Shown: positions 43,078-51,726 of the stretch, piece after piece
Layout: the number at the start of each line of letters is the position of its first letter
Numbering within the stretch: the first letter of the stretch is position 1
NCBI GenBank assembly: GCA_963833985.1
Contig: CAWIAD010000002.1
Coordinates: forward strand, 6,176,001 to 6,240,000
Direction of reading: 5' to 3'
Length of the DNA: 64,000 nucleotides
DNA from: an uncultured Planctomycetaceae bacterium
GTDB lineage: Bacteria; Planctomycetota; Planctomycetia; Isosphaerales; Isosphaeraceae
The notes under the pieces: model-generated
Told to the model about the DNA's origin: nothing
Database searches by the model: none
What the model saw: the letters and a program-made list of their open reading frames with translations, nothing else
Position numbers and translations under genes: made by a program

Positions 43078-43146
43078 AGCCGTGGGCAGTAGGCCGTGGG
43101 CAGTTTGTAGGCGGCAGTAGGCCGTGGGCAGTAGGCAGTGGGCAGT
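43078..43146 (+). repeat. Degenerate heptamer tandem repeat (GGCAGTA/GGCCGTG/GGCAGTG)
   Basis: About 9 imperfect 7-nt units seen directly. Confidence 0.7.
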
Positions 43147-43252
43147 CCTATACATCTCCTCAATGAACTCGATGCTTTCTGTGCTTCATAGTCTGTCTCG
43201 CCCTCCGATACGGAATTGCGCAGTCGGCAGTGGGTGGTCGTTGTCGGTTGCT

Positions 43253-43407
43253 TCATCTGTCCCGCAGTTCCTGGATTTGGCTCCGTTCTGGCGCCCCTTT
43301 TCGCTCCGCAACGGCTGTATCCTCTTTGCCAATATCAACTTGCGTCGCCAGATCATTGGCTTCGTTCAAGATACTCTGAGAAACGCGCCGAGCACCACCC
43401 GTAGGGT
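43253..43407 (-). pseudogene. Detached 3' end of the gene at 44869..46071
   Basis: Removing the IS and one target copy restores an open frame ...ALTHPTGGARRVSQSILNEANDL...ERSQIQELRDR*. Confidence 0.7.
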
Positions 43408-43427
43408 GGGTCAGCGCAGCGCAACCC
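43401..43427 (+). repeat. GTAG-type REP palindrome (left part; reconstructed GTAGGGTGGGTCAGCGCAGCGCAACCCACC)
   Basis: GTAG tetranucleotide plus GGTGGGT/ACCCACC stem; right part at 44874..44896. Confidence 0.8.
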
Positions 43428-44873
43428 CATAGCGTCCAACTTAAGGAATTTGGCCTAGGAAAAAAGAAAGGAAGTCCTTAATCCAGTTCGCGTTGTATCG
43501 AGCAAGCGCGTCCTGGAAGAAGGAGCTTCCGTTGGGGATCATAAACAAGGTGGCCGTGTTGTTGCAATCGAGCTTGGGTTCGAAACTCGACGAGATCGGT
43601 CGTGCGACGGGCGTGATCCGGCGGCAACGAAAATTCTCGGGCGCGTCGCTGCTCAAGACCATGGTTCTGACTGTGATGAAGACGCCTCGCCCCCATACCA
43701 ACGACTTCGTCGCGACGGCGGCACTGCTGGGTGTGAACGTGACTGCCGAGGCGATCGAAAAGCGGTTCTCGGAGAAGCTCGTCGCGCACTTCGCGCGGGT
43801 TTGGAACACGTGTTGGAGTCCGTCGTGGAGGCGTCGGCGGCCGGCGTGGCGCTGCTGGACAAGTTCACCGCCGTCGTGATCGCCGACAGCACCACGGTGA
43901 CCTTGCCCGACGAATTCGAGGCGGAATTTCCCGGCTGCGGTGGCAAAACGGGCAGTGGTAAGGCAGCGGTGAAAATTCAGGTGGCGTGGGAACTGCGCCG
44001 CGGTCAGTTGGAGAAGTTGGAGGTCCATCCCGGTCGTCACAGCGACGCCACGAGCGTGGACGTGGACGCACCAGTGGCCTCCGGATCGCTGACGCTCCGC
44101 GACCTGGGATACTTTTGCCTGGAGCGGTTCCGATCCATCGGCGCAAGGAGCTTATTGGATTTCGCGTTGGCAACACGGCACGGCCGTTTTCGACGCGGAG
44201 GGGCGGCGATGGGAGATGCTGGCGTTTCTCCGACGGCAACCCGCCGGCATGCCGGTCGACGTGTCGATCGCGGTGGGCGCGGCGGAGCGTCTGGGATGTC
44301 GGTTGATCGCCTTGCGAGTGCCTCCGGAGGTGGCGAACCGACGTCGGCAAGCGGCCTACGAAAAGGCTCAAAAACACGGCCGCGTGCCCACGCAAGAACA
44401 TCTGGACTTGTGCGACTGGACGATTTTCCTGACCAACTGCCTGGCCGCACTTCTGACGTGGAAAGAGGTCGTGGTCCTGTATCGGACGCGCTGGCAAATC
44501 GAACTGCTGTTCAAACTTTGGAAATCTCACAACCACCTCGCCGAGTCGCGTGCACACTGGACCAGCATGGAACGCCTGGCGTTGTTCTGGGCGAAACTGA
44601 TCGGCGTGGTGCTTCAGCATTGGCTGCTCCTGACCGCGAACGCGGCCGATCCCCGCCGCAGCCACTGGAAAGCGGCCCGCGTCATCCGGAACTGGATGGA
44701 ATCCCTGACCCGAGCGTTGGATAACATCGACGAGCTCATACGCACCTTGAGAGACATGGCCACGACGATCGCCAGCGTCGCTCAGAAGAAACGTCGGAAG
44801 AAACGGCCCAGCCTATTCCAACTCCTTTTGGATCCAGAACTTCTGGAATGGAATCCTTAAGTTGGACGCTATG
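43428..44873 (+). mobile_element. IS4-family insertion sequence (~1.45 kb), transposase with two frameshifts
   Basis: Perfect 20-bp terminal IRs CATAGCGTCCAACTTAAGGA; DSTT, DLGY, YRTRWQIELLFKLWKS (YREK); flanking direct repeat. Confidence 0.92.
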
Positions 44874-46071
44874 GGGTCAGCGCAGCGCAACCCACCGTCT
44901 TGCAGACCTTTACGTGCGGCGAGATGCCCCCGCTCGACGACATTCCGGGACCATCCCCGTCGTTCCGGCCGTCGCGCGATTCATCGTGTGGTTGACGTGC
45001 GACTGGCTCGGGCGCGGGGCCGATCTGTGGCTCATGGACAACCGGCATAGGGGGACGGTCGGCCTCGTTGTTGTTGTCGGCGCCGAGCTCGGCTTTTTGC
45101 AGGTTCGACAGCGTGGTCAGCGTACGCAGTAGCTCGCGGGTCAGTGCACCCTGGTGCCGGCGCAGGACCGCAAGGGCCTTGCTGGCGGCGAAGACCGCGC
45201 GGTCGGGCTCGGCGTCGGCTTCCATCTGCTCCAGGTCCTCGTGCTCGCCGAGCCTTGCTTCCAGCCGGTGGATCGCCTCGTCCACGATCGAGCTGAGGAC
45301 CTCCCAGCCCTCTTTCGGGCTGGCCGGCGGGCGAGACAGGCGCCGCCACGGCATCGCGCCGCTGAAATAAGGGCCGGAGCTGGCCTTCATGTTCCGGAAC
45401 AGCTCCCAGAGCTCGCGGCCCTGACCCGGTTCGATCGCGTCGACGGCCTGGAACACGCGGTTGGCGGCCGGGTCGATCATGCCTTCCAGGAAGCTCTTGC
45501 CCATGAGCCGCAGGAACCGGTAGTGGTCGGTCTCGCTCCAGGCGGCCCGCACGTCGATGAGGTTGCGGAACTCGGACCACCGCGCCAGCAGCCAGCGGCA
45601 GCCCTCGGGGATCTGCTCGAGCCGGGCGAGGAAGACGGCGGGCATGTCGTCGTAGTACTCGGCCTTGCCGAACCGCTCACGCGGGTCGAGGGTGTCCAGC
45701 AGCTTGCGGCCCAGGATGTGGGCCTGCTTCAGCCGCGTGGCCTCGTCGCGGTCGCGCTGGCGGTGCACGCGAGCCGCGAGGTAAGCCGTCTCGGCCCGCT
45801 CGGCGCGGTCGATCTGCCAGTCGATGCGCGCCGCATGGCCGACCAGGGTGCGCTCGACGTCGTTGCGCGGCACGAGTTCGAACGTCCACTGCAAGATCCG
45901 TTCGGCGAGCTCCTTCGGATCTTCCTGTGGCAGGACGGGGATGGCGATGCGGGCGTTGGCGCCATGCCTCAGCGCGTTGAGCCGGGCGCGGGCCTTGCCC
46001 TGGTCGCTCTTCGGCCCCGTGCTTTTTGCGGCGTTGCGGCGATTGGCCGCGATCTGGGCTGTGGTGGCCAC
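44869..46071 (-). CDS. 'AANRRNAxKSTGP' family hypothetical protein, C-terminus truncated by the IS4
   Basis: MATTAQIAANRRNAAKSTGPKSDQGK..NALRHG N-terminus; stop codon supplied by the IS end. Confidence 0.8.
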   Translation of the reverse strand: MATTAQIAANRRNAAKSTGPKSDQGKARARLNALRHGANARIAIPVLPQEDPKELAERILQWTFELVPRNDVERTLVGHAARIDWQIDRAERAETAYLAARVHRQRDRDEATRLKQAHILGRKLLDTLDPRERFGKAEYYDDMPAVFLARLEQIPEGCRWLLARWSEFRNLIDVRAAWSETDHYRFLRLMGKSFLEGMIDPAANRVFQAVDAIEPGQGRELWELFRNMKASSGPYFSGAMPWRRLSRPPASPKEGWEVLSSIVDEAIHRLEARLGEHEDLEQMEADAEPDRAVFAASKALAVLRRHQGALTRELLRTLTTLSNLQKAELGADNNNEADRPPMPVVHEPQIGPAPEPVARQPHDESRDGRNDGDGPGMSSSGGISPHVKVCKTVGCAALTP

Positions 46072-46445
46072 GGAGTTGCTCTCTTTGCTTGTAGTGCAGG
46101 TCGTGTATGCGGTGCGCAGAGCGGCCCTGGCTGCTGGTTCACCGAGGAGCGGCGCGGGGAGCGGCCCTCTCGGCGAGCCGCGGCCGATGCGCCGGGATCT
46201 GCCGTCTATCTATGAGGATCCGACCGAAACTGCCAAAAACCGGAGGAATCCGGAGAAATTTTTGGTTTCCCCCTCAGCCGTCGGGCAGGTGTATTCGTAC
46301 GGCAGGCGATGCTTGCGTGCCGGGGCGTCTGCGTCCGCATCTGCGTCGCCGCAGGGCACGCAATCCTTGCCTGCCGGGGCGCGCACCATGACTTCTCCGC
46401 CTGGAGCCCGGGCGCATGGCCAGGTGCGCCAGCGCCATGGACTCT

Positions 46446-46666
46446 GCGGCACATGGCCACGTGCGTGAGCACGTGGTTTTCACGGGCGCAGCCTCCAACC
46501 TCGGGCGTGAGCCCGACCAGCACTGCGCCGCATCACAGGCATCCCCACGGCGATGCTCCACCCGACCCCGCGTCCGCGGCGCATGGCCACGTGCGTGAGC
46601 ACGTGGTTTTCACGGGCGCAGCCTCCAACCTCGGGCGTGAGCCCGACCAGCCCCGCGCCGCATCAC
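46446..46666. repeat. Two ~91-bp direct repeats (period 130 bp), each with two perfect hairpins
   Basis: Copies at 46446..46536 and 46576..46666; CCACGTGC-GTGA-GCACGTGG and TCGGGC-GTGA-GCCCGA. Confidence 0.9.
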
Positions 46667-46671
46667 GCTCA

Positions 46672-47724
46672 TCACCTCACCTCGCACCCGCCCAGGTTCG
46701 CCAGATGATGCCGCCCCAGCCGCCCCGCAATCTCCCGCAGCCGTTCCCGGCTTGCCGCGAAGAACCGCCCCAGCAGCCGGCCCCCGGCCAGCTTCAGCAG
46801 CCGCGCTTGCCAGCTCTCGGCATTGCTCCCCAGCCGTTCCAGGATCCCCGCCAGTTCCGCCGAGATCGCCGCCTTCCCCTCGCGATACAGCCGCCCGGTG
46901 TACTCTACCAGCAGCAGATAGCTGCCCAGCGAGAACCCCTCGACCATCCCTTCGCGACCGCGACCGGAGTCCGAGTCCGAGTCAAGCCCCCGTCGGTCCT
47001 CGATCGGGCACAGCCACAGCCCCTCCTCCAGCCCCTCCGCCGCCTGCGACCCCGCCACGCTGCCGGCCTCGGCGGCCTTCAGGTCCTCGGCTCGCCCCTG
47101 CTCCTGGACGTGCTCGACCCGCTGCTTGATCGACGTGTGGGCACTCGCCTCGGGCACCTCGGCGATGCCCGCGGCCACCGGGTTCAGATCGATGTAAGTG
47201 CAAGTGGCCAGCAACGATTCCTCATCGAGGATCGCCACGCTCTGGAACCGCCCCTCGAAGAACGCCCCGCGGGTGTTCTCCTCGCGGTTGGCCATCCGCG
47301 ACAGCGGCTCCTTGAGGCACTTCATGAACCAGCTCAGGCTTTGCAGCCGCTGGCGTGCCATCACCACCCACTTCACGTCTTTCAGCCGTTCCTTGACCCA
47401 CGCCTCCGAGATCGCAACCGCCCGCCGCGTCTTGTCGCGCGGTGGAAACAGCCTCCCCCAGCGCCGCACGACCTCTTCATCCGCCCACCCCGCAGCCACA
47501 TCCGGGTCGAGCCGCACCAGCAGATGCAGATGGTTATCGAGGATGGCGAACCCTCCCACGGCCACCGAGAAGATCTCCGCAAGTTCCCGCAACCGCCGTT
47601 CGATCCATTCTTTACGGTCGAGATGCCCCTCGCCCAGTAGGAACGCCCGCCGCACACAGCGGCTAATGCAGTGATACCAGCGGGTGACCGACGGATCCAC
47701 CAGATGCGCACGGGCAATCGTCAT
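46672..47724 (-). CDS. HUH/Y1 tyrosine transposase (RAYT-like, 'YHCISRCVRRAFL' type)
   Basis: WYHCISRCVRRAFL, DNHLHLLV (HUH), FFEGRF, TYIDLNPV (catalytic Tyr); SD GGAGGT. Confidence 0.88.
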   Translation of the reverse strand: MTIARAHLVDPSVTRWYHCISRCVRRAFLLGEGHLDRKEWIERRLRELAEIFSVAVGGFAILDNHLHLLVRLDPDVAAGWADEEVVRRWGRLFPPRDKTRRAVAISEAWVKERLKDVKWVVMARQRLQSLSWFMKCLKEPLSRMANREENTRGAFFEGRFQSVAILDEESLLATCTYIDLNPVAAGIAEVPEASAHTSIKQRVEHVQEQGRAEDLKAAEAGSVAGSQAAEGLEEGLWLCPIEDRRGLDSDSDSGRGREGMVEGFSLGSYLLLVEYTGRLYREGKAAISAELAGILERLGSNAESWQARLLKLAGGRLLGRFFAASRERLREIAGRLGRHHLANLGGCEVR

Positions 47725-47751
47725 GCACGGACCTCCCAGCAAGATCCGCAC

Positions 47752-47780
47752 AAGCTACCCAATTCCACCGCCCGAGTCAA
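47752..47780 (-). promoter_or_regulatory. Putative sigma70 promoter of the HUH gene
   Basis: TTGACT-N17-TAGCTT on the minus strand. Confidence 0.6.
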
Positions 47781-47785
47781 GAATA

Positions 47786-48007
47786 CATTGCATGTCCTTG
47801 CTGCTTCTTCATTGCATGTCCTTGCTGCTTCTTGCTGCTTCCTTTGCTGCTTCCCTTTGTCCTTGCTGCTTCTTGCTGCTTCTGCTGCTTCCTTGCATGT
47901 CCTTGCTGCTTCGCTGCTTCGTGTCCTTGCTGCTTCGTGTCCTTGCTGCTTCCTTGCTGCTTCTGTGTCCTTGCTGCTTCTTCCTTGCTGCTTCTGCTTG
48001 CTGCTTC
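47786..48007. repeat. 15-unit coterminal array of variable-length (CATTGCATGTCCTT)GCTGCTTC
   Basis: Every unit ends in GCTGCTTC; left ends vary. Confidence 0.92.
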
Positions 48008-48274
48008 TACCATCCTGATTCTCGAGCCCGAGGTGTTCGGCACGACGACCGGTTCATTGACGGCCGACATCCAGGGCAAGTCTGCGTTCGCGAGCAACGT
48101 CGCCTTCGGCGGCATCCCGGCTTCGGCTCGCCCCCCGGCGCCGGCGGCACCGGCTACGGCGGCGGCCTGTTCGTCGGCGGCGGGACCGTGACTGTCTCGA
48201 AGAAGACGAAGTTCGCCGCGAACTTCGCCATGACCGAAGGCAACGACACCTACGGGCCGTATACCACGACCTGA
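48008..48274 (+). pseudogene. 3' remnant of a Gly-rich extracellular repeat protein
   Basis: ...FASNVAFGG / GAGGTGYGGGLFVGGGTVTV...NFAMTEGNDTYG..*; no start; internal frameshift ~48115. Confidence 0.6.
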
Positions 48275-48720
48275 AGCCGTCGCGCGGACCGCCGCCTCTC
48301 CCGATCGTTCGCCCCGCGAGACCCGGCCGACGGCCGCGCCTCCAGGGCCGCGATCATCCTCTCGCACGCATCGGCTTCGGCCCGTCCTCCGGGAAGTGCA
48401 TCACAACGCGGGAGGGCGAGCCGTCCGGCCCTGGCCGTCTGATTCCCTGAGAAGCTGAAATTGATGATGACGCTCAACTTCCAGCGATTCGAAGATGTTT
48501 CACTCGTGGCCGCGTAAAGTATTCTTGGGCGACATCGGCGTATGCCCCCTCGAAACGTTGCTCGAGAGATTTCATTGAGCTTGTCAGACGAGGGCAAGCA
48601 GGCTCACATGGCCCTGATTGACGGACGAGGCAGGGTGCTGATACGTTCGGAACGTCTGCCCGTTCAGTTTGACAGGGGCCAGCCTGCGTGGGTGGAGAAG
48701 ACCCGAGAGTGAGCCATCCC

Positions 48721-49377
48721 ATGAGTACGATGATTGCACCGCCAAGGAACGAGGCGCGGCTGGTCGTGCCGGATGTCTCCTGGTCGGTCTACGAGACCTG
48801 GGTCGACTCGCTACCCGAATCAACGCCGGTGCGGATGGCCTACGACGGAAGGAACCTGGAGATCATGACAAAAGGGCCGGACCATGAGGATTACCGGCAG
48901 CTCCTGGGGCATCTTGTCGTCGAGACCGCACGGGCACTGAGGCTATCACTCAAAGGTCTGGGCGAGACGACGTGGAAACGCGTCGAGATCCAGCGCGGGA
49001 TCGAGGCCGACCAGTGCTACTACTTCAGCCCCGAAAAGCTCGTGGAGGCGACGCGAAGCCGAGGGGCAAACGATGTTACCTCGTTTCCGAATCCCGACCT
49101 GGCCATCGAGGTTGACCTTTCGCCATCGCAGATCGACAGGCCCGGCATCTACGCCGCGTTGGGCGTAGCAGAAGTCTGGCGCTTCGACGGCGAGACGACG
49201 ACGATCGAGCGCCTGGGCACGGATGGGCGATACGAACTGGCCGCGGCGAGCACCTTCCTGGGCATACGGGCCGACGAGGTCACGCGATGGCTTGTCGCCG
49301 AGGACTCAACTGACGAGATTGCCTGGCTGGAGCGGCTTTCTGACTGGCTCAGGAACGAATGGCAGAAACGGCCCTGA
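48721..49377 (+). CDS. Uma2-family endonuclease-fold protein
   Basis: VSWSVYE, RMAYDG.LEIM, IEADQCYY, PDLAIEVD, EVWRFDG. Confidence 0.9.
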   Translation: MSTMIAPPRNEARLVVPDVSWSVYETWVDSLPESTPVRMAYDGRNLEIMTKGPDHEDYRQLLGHLVVETARALRLSLKGLGETTWKRVEIQRGIEADQCYYFSPEKLVEATRSRGANDVTSFPNPDLAIEVDLSPSQIDRPGIYAALGVAEVWRFDGETTTIERLGTDGRYELAAASTFLGIRADEVTRWLVAEDSTDEIAWLERLSDWLRNEWQKRP

Positions 49378-49616
49378 GTGCAGGGTCAGCTTGAGGATGT
49401 CCGGTGCTCGTGGTCCTCCATCGATCGAAGTAGAGAATGCAAAGCCATGTCGTCTGGCCTCTCTATTCGCAGGCTGGTTGCCGTCGGGATCCGTGGATCG
49501 TTGTTCATTCACCGGAAGTGCGGGACGGGTCAAGAATCGATTGAGCAAAAGCTCGGAAGCGGCGCCGCGATGCCAGACTATTGTAGAAACTGTCGCAGGG
49601 AGACCGGGTCACTCTT

Positions 49617-49814
49617 CGCCCCGGAGGGGCGGTGTCAATAGCCAGGTGGCGTCAGCCCCTGGATGCCAAAAGGCGCGTGAAACGGAGCGTCTTCAGCCCC
49701 GGCCGGGCGCTAGTGGGCGGGTCACTGCCGCCCCGTTCGGGGCTGGCCAACGTGCGACGCTGCCCGCATCCCATGGGTTCACCCCTAACTCTTGTCGGCC
49801 GCCCCTCCGGGGCG
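49617..49814. repeat. REPIN-like nested inverted-repeat element
   Basis: Perfect 16-bp IR CGCCCCGGAGGGGCGG at both ends; inner CAGCCCCG...CGGGGCTG. Confidence 0.65.
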
Positions 49815-50044
49815 CTGGTTGAAAGGACGGTTCGCGGTCGCTATCTTGGTCGACGGTCCCGCGCGGGCCAGCCTGTTTGCCCATGCGGCAATTCCTGACG
49901 CGACCGCTCCCAAGGTCAGACGCATCGACGTCATCGTCTGGCGCAGTGCTCTTCGAACACGCATCGCACGGGATGGCCCAGAAGCCCGTATCCATTGCCT
50001 CAGAGCCGTGCGGGAGCCGGGCGAATCGAGAGGGAGGTACCAGC

Positions 50045-51661
50045 ATGGCAGGGACCGATGATCGCCGCATCGAGACGGCCAGCGAGGGCGCGCCATCCGC
50101 GGGAGCAGGCTTGCCGGATCCAGGATCCGCCGCAACGGCGCACCTCCCACCGGTAGCCGCGAATCCCGCAGGTGGTCCCGCCGCGCCGGTGCAGGGCGAG
50201 CCACGGCCAAGATCGCGCTGGCGGAGATGGCTGGTCATCCACGGGGTCCTGCTCACCCTGGCGGTGATAGGCTACCTGCTGTACCCCACATTGATCACGA
50301 TGTGGAACACGGTTTCCACCGATGACTCCTATGTCAACAGTCACGTGACGTTTGTGGCTCCGCGGGTGCCGGGGCAGGTCGCGGAAGTGCTCGTGGACGA
50401 CAACATGCGCGTGGCGAAGGGGGACCTGCTCGTCCAGCTCGATCGCGAACCGTACCAGGTGCAGGTCGACATCAAGAAGGCAGCCGTGGTGAATGCCGAG
50501 GCCGACCTGAGGGCTGCCGAAGCGGACGTCCGGGCCACTCTGGGCCTGGTCCGCAGCCAGCGCTGGCATCTTCAGACAGCCATCGAACAGGTCGACAACC
50601 AGGTGGCCCTGCTGCGCGCCCGCGTGGCTGCCCTGAAAAGCAAGGAGGCCACGCGCGATCGGGCCAGGGCCGATCTGCGGCGCGCCGAGGCTCTCTACGG
50701 CCGTTCCGCAATCTCGCGAGAGGAGCTCGACCAGCGTCGTGAGGCCGACAGGGTCGCGGACGCTCTGGCGAATCAAGCTCTCGAAGAGGTGTCCGAGACG
50801 CGGGTCTCGCTCGGCCTGCCCCCGCGCCCCGAGAAGGGGGAACTGTCGGATGTTCCCGATAATCTCAATCAGACATTCTCCGCCGTCCGCCAGGCACTCG
50901 CCGAACTCGCGCGGGGCGTCGCGCAGGTTGGCCTGCCGCTGGTCTCGACGACCCTGACACCGGAAAAGGCGCTCGCCGAATTCGTCAGCCGGGACAAGGA
51001 GGGGAACATCGACCGGATCCTGGAGCGGATTGTTCCCGAAGCGCCGGCGGTCCGGCAGGCAGTCGCAAAAAAGCAGCAGGCGGAGCGCGATCTGGCGCAG
51101 GCGGAATTGAACCTCCGCTACTGCGACGTCCGCGCCGAGATCGACGGCGTGGTGACTCGCCGCAACGTGAACCCTGGCAACAATGTCGCGGCAGGGCAAA
51201 GCCTCATGGCCGTGCGCTCGATCACGGAGATCTGGATCGACGCCAATTTCAAGGAAACACAGCTTGCCGATCTGCGCATTGGCCAGCGTGTGCGCTGTGA
51301 GGTGGATATGTACGGCGGCCGGCGTGAGTTTGAAGGCCGCATCACCGGCTTCACCATGGGGACTGGCCAGACCCTTGCGCTGCTGCCGCCCCAGAACGCC
51401 ACGGGCAACTTCGTGAAGATCGTCCAGCGATTACCGGTGCGCATCGAATTGACCGATTACGAGCCGGACAAGCAGCCCTTGTTCGTGGGACTCTCGGTGG
51501 TCCCCCACGTGTATTACAAGGAGCCACCCACCGGTCCTCACGCTGGTGAGGTGCTGCAACCCTTGAGCTCGTCTGCTCGCATCCGGAAAGCCCCCGGGGC
51601 AAACGGCACGCTGGAGGCAGAAACCGCACAGGCCAGGGAACCCGTCGGGGGCCATCCGTAA
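50045..51661 (+). CDS. EmrA/HlyD-family membrane fusion protein
   Basis: STDDSYV, ANFKETQL, LLPPQNATGNFVKIVQRLPV. Confidence 0.92.
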   Translation: MAGTDDRRIETASEGAPSAGAGLPDPGSAATAHLPPVAANPAGGPAAPVQGEPRPRSRWRRWLVIHGVLLTLAVIGYLLYPTLITMWNTVSTDDSYVNSHVTFVAPRVPGQVAEVLVDDNMRVAKGDLLVQLDREPYQVQVDIKKAAVVNAEADLRAAEADVRATLGLVRSQRWHLQTAIEQVDNQVALLRARVAALKSKEATRDRARADLRRAEALYGRSAISREELDQRREADRVADALANQALEEVSETRVSLGLPPRPEKGELSDVPDNLNQTFSAVRQALAELARGVAQVGLPLVSTTLTPEKALAEFVSRDKEGNIDRILERIVPEAPAVRQAVAKKQQAERDLAQAELNLRYCDVRAEIDGVVTRRNVNPGNNVAAGQSLMAVRSITEIWIDANFKETQLADLRIGQRVRCEVDMYGGRREFEGRITGFTMGTGQTLALLPPQNATGNFVKIVQRLPVRIELTDYEPDKQPLFVGLSVVPHVYYKEPPTGPHAGEVLQPLSSSARIRKAPGANGTLEAETAQAREPVGGHP

Positions 51662-51726
51662 CCGGAACGCCGCAGGGTCTCGCCGGCATCCGGGAAACGG
51701 AGCAGTGCAGCCACAGGAGCCCGTTC

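Noticed and set aside
46446..46666. Mini-CRISPR, tRNA or hammerhead ribozyme
   Set aside because: Only two 91-bp copies; no T-loop/CCA pattern; no CTGANGA...GAAA core recognised on either strand
47786..48007. CRISPR array
   Set aside because: No unique spacers, units too short and variable, no cas genes
47684..48367. Cys/Leu- or Gln/Lys-rich ORFs across the array (47671, 47684, 47777, 47832)
   Set aside because: Translations of a stop-free repeat; units are not multiples of three
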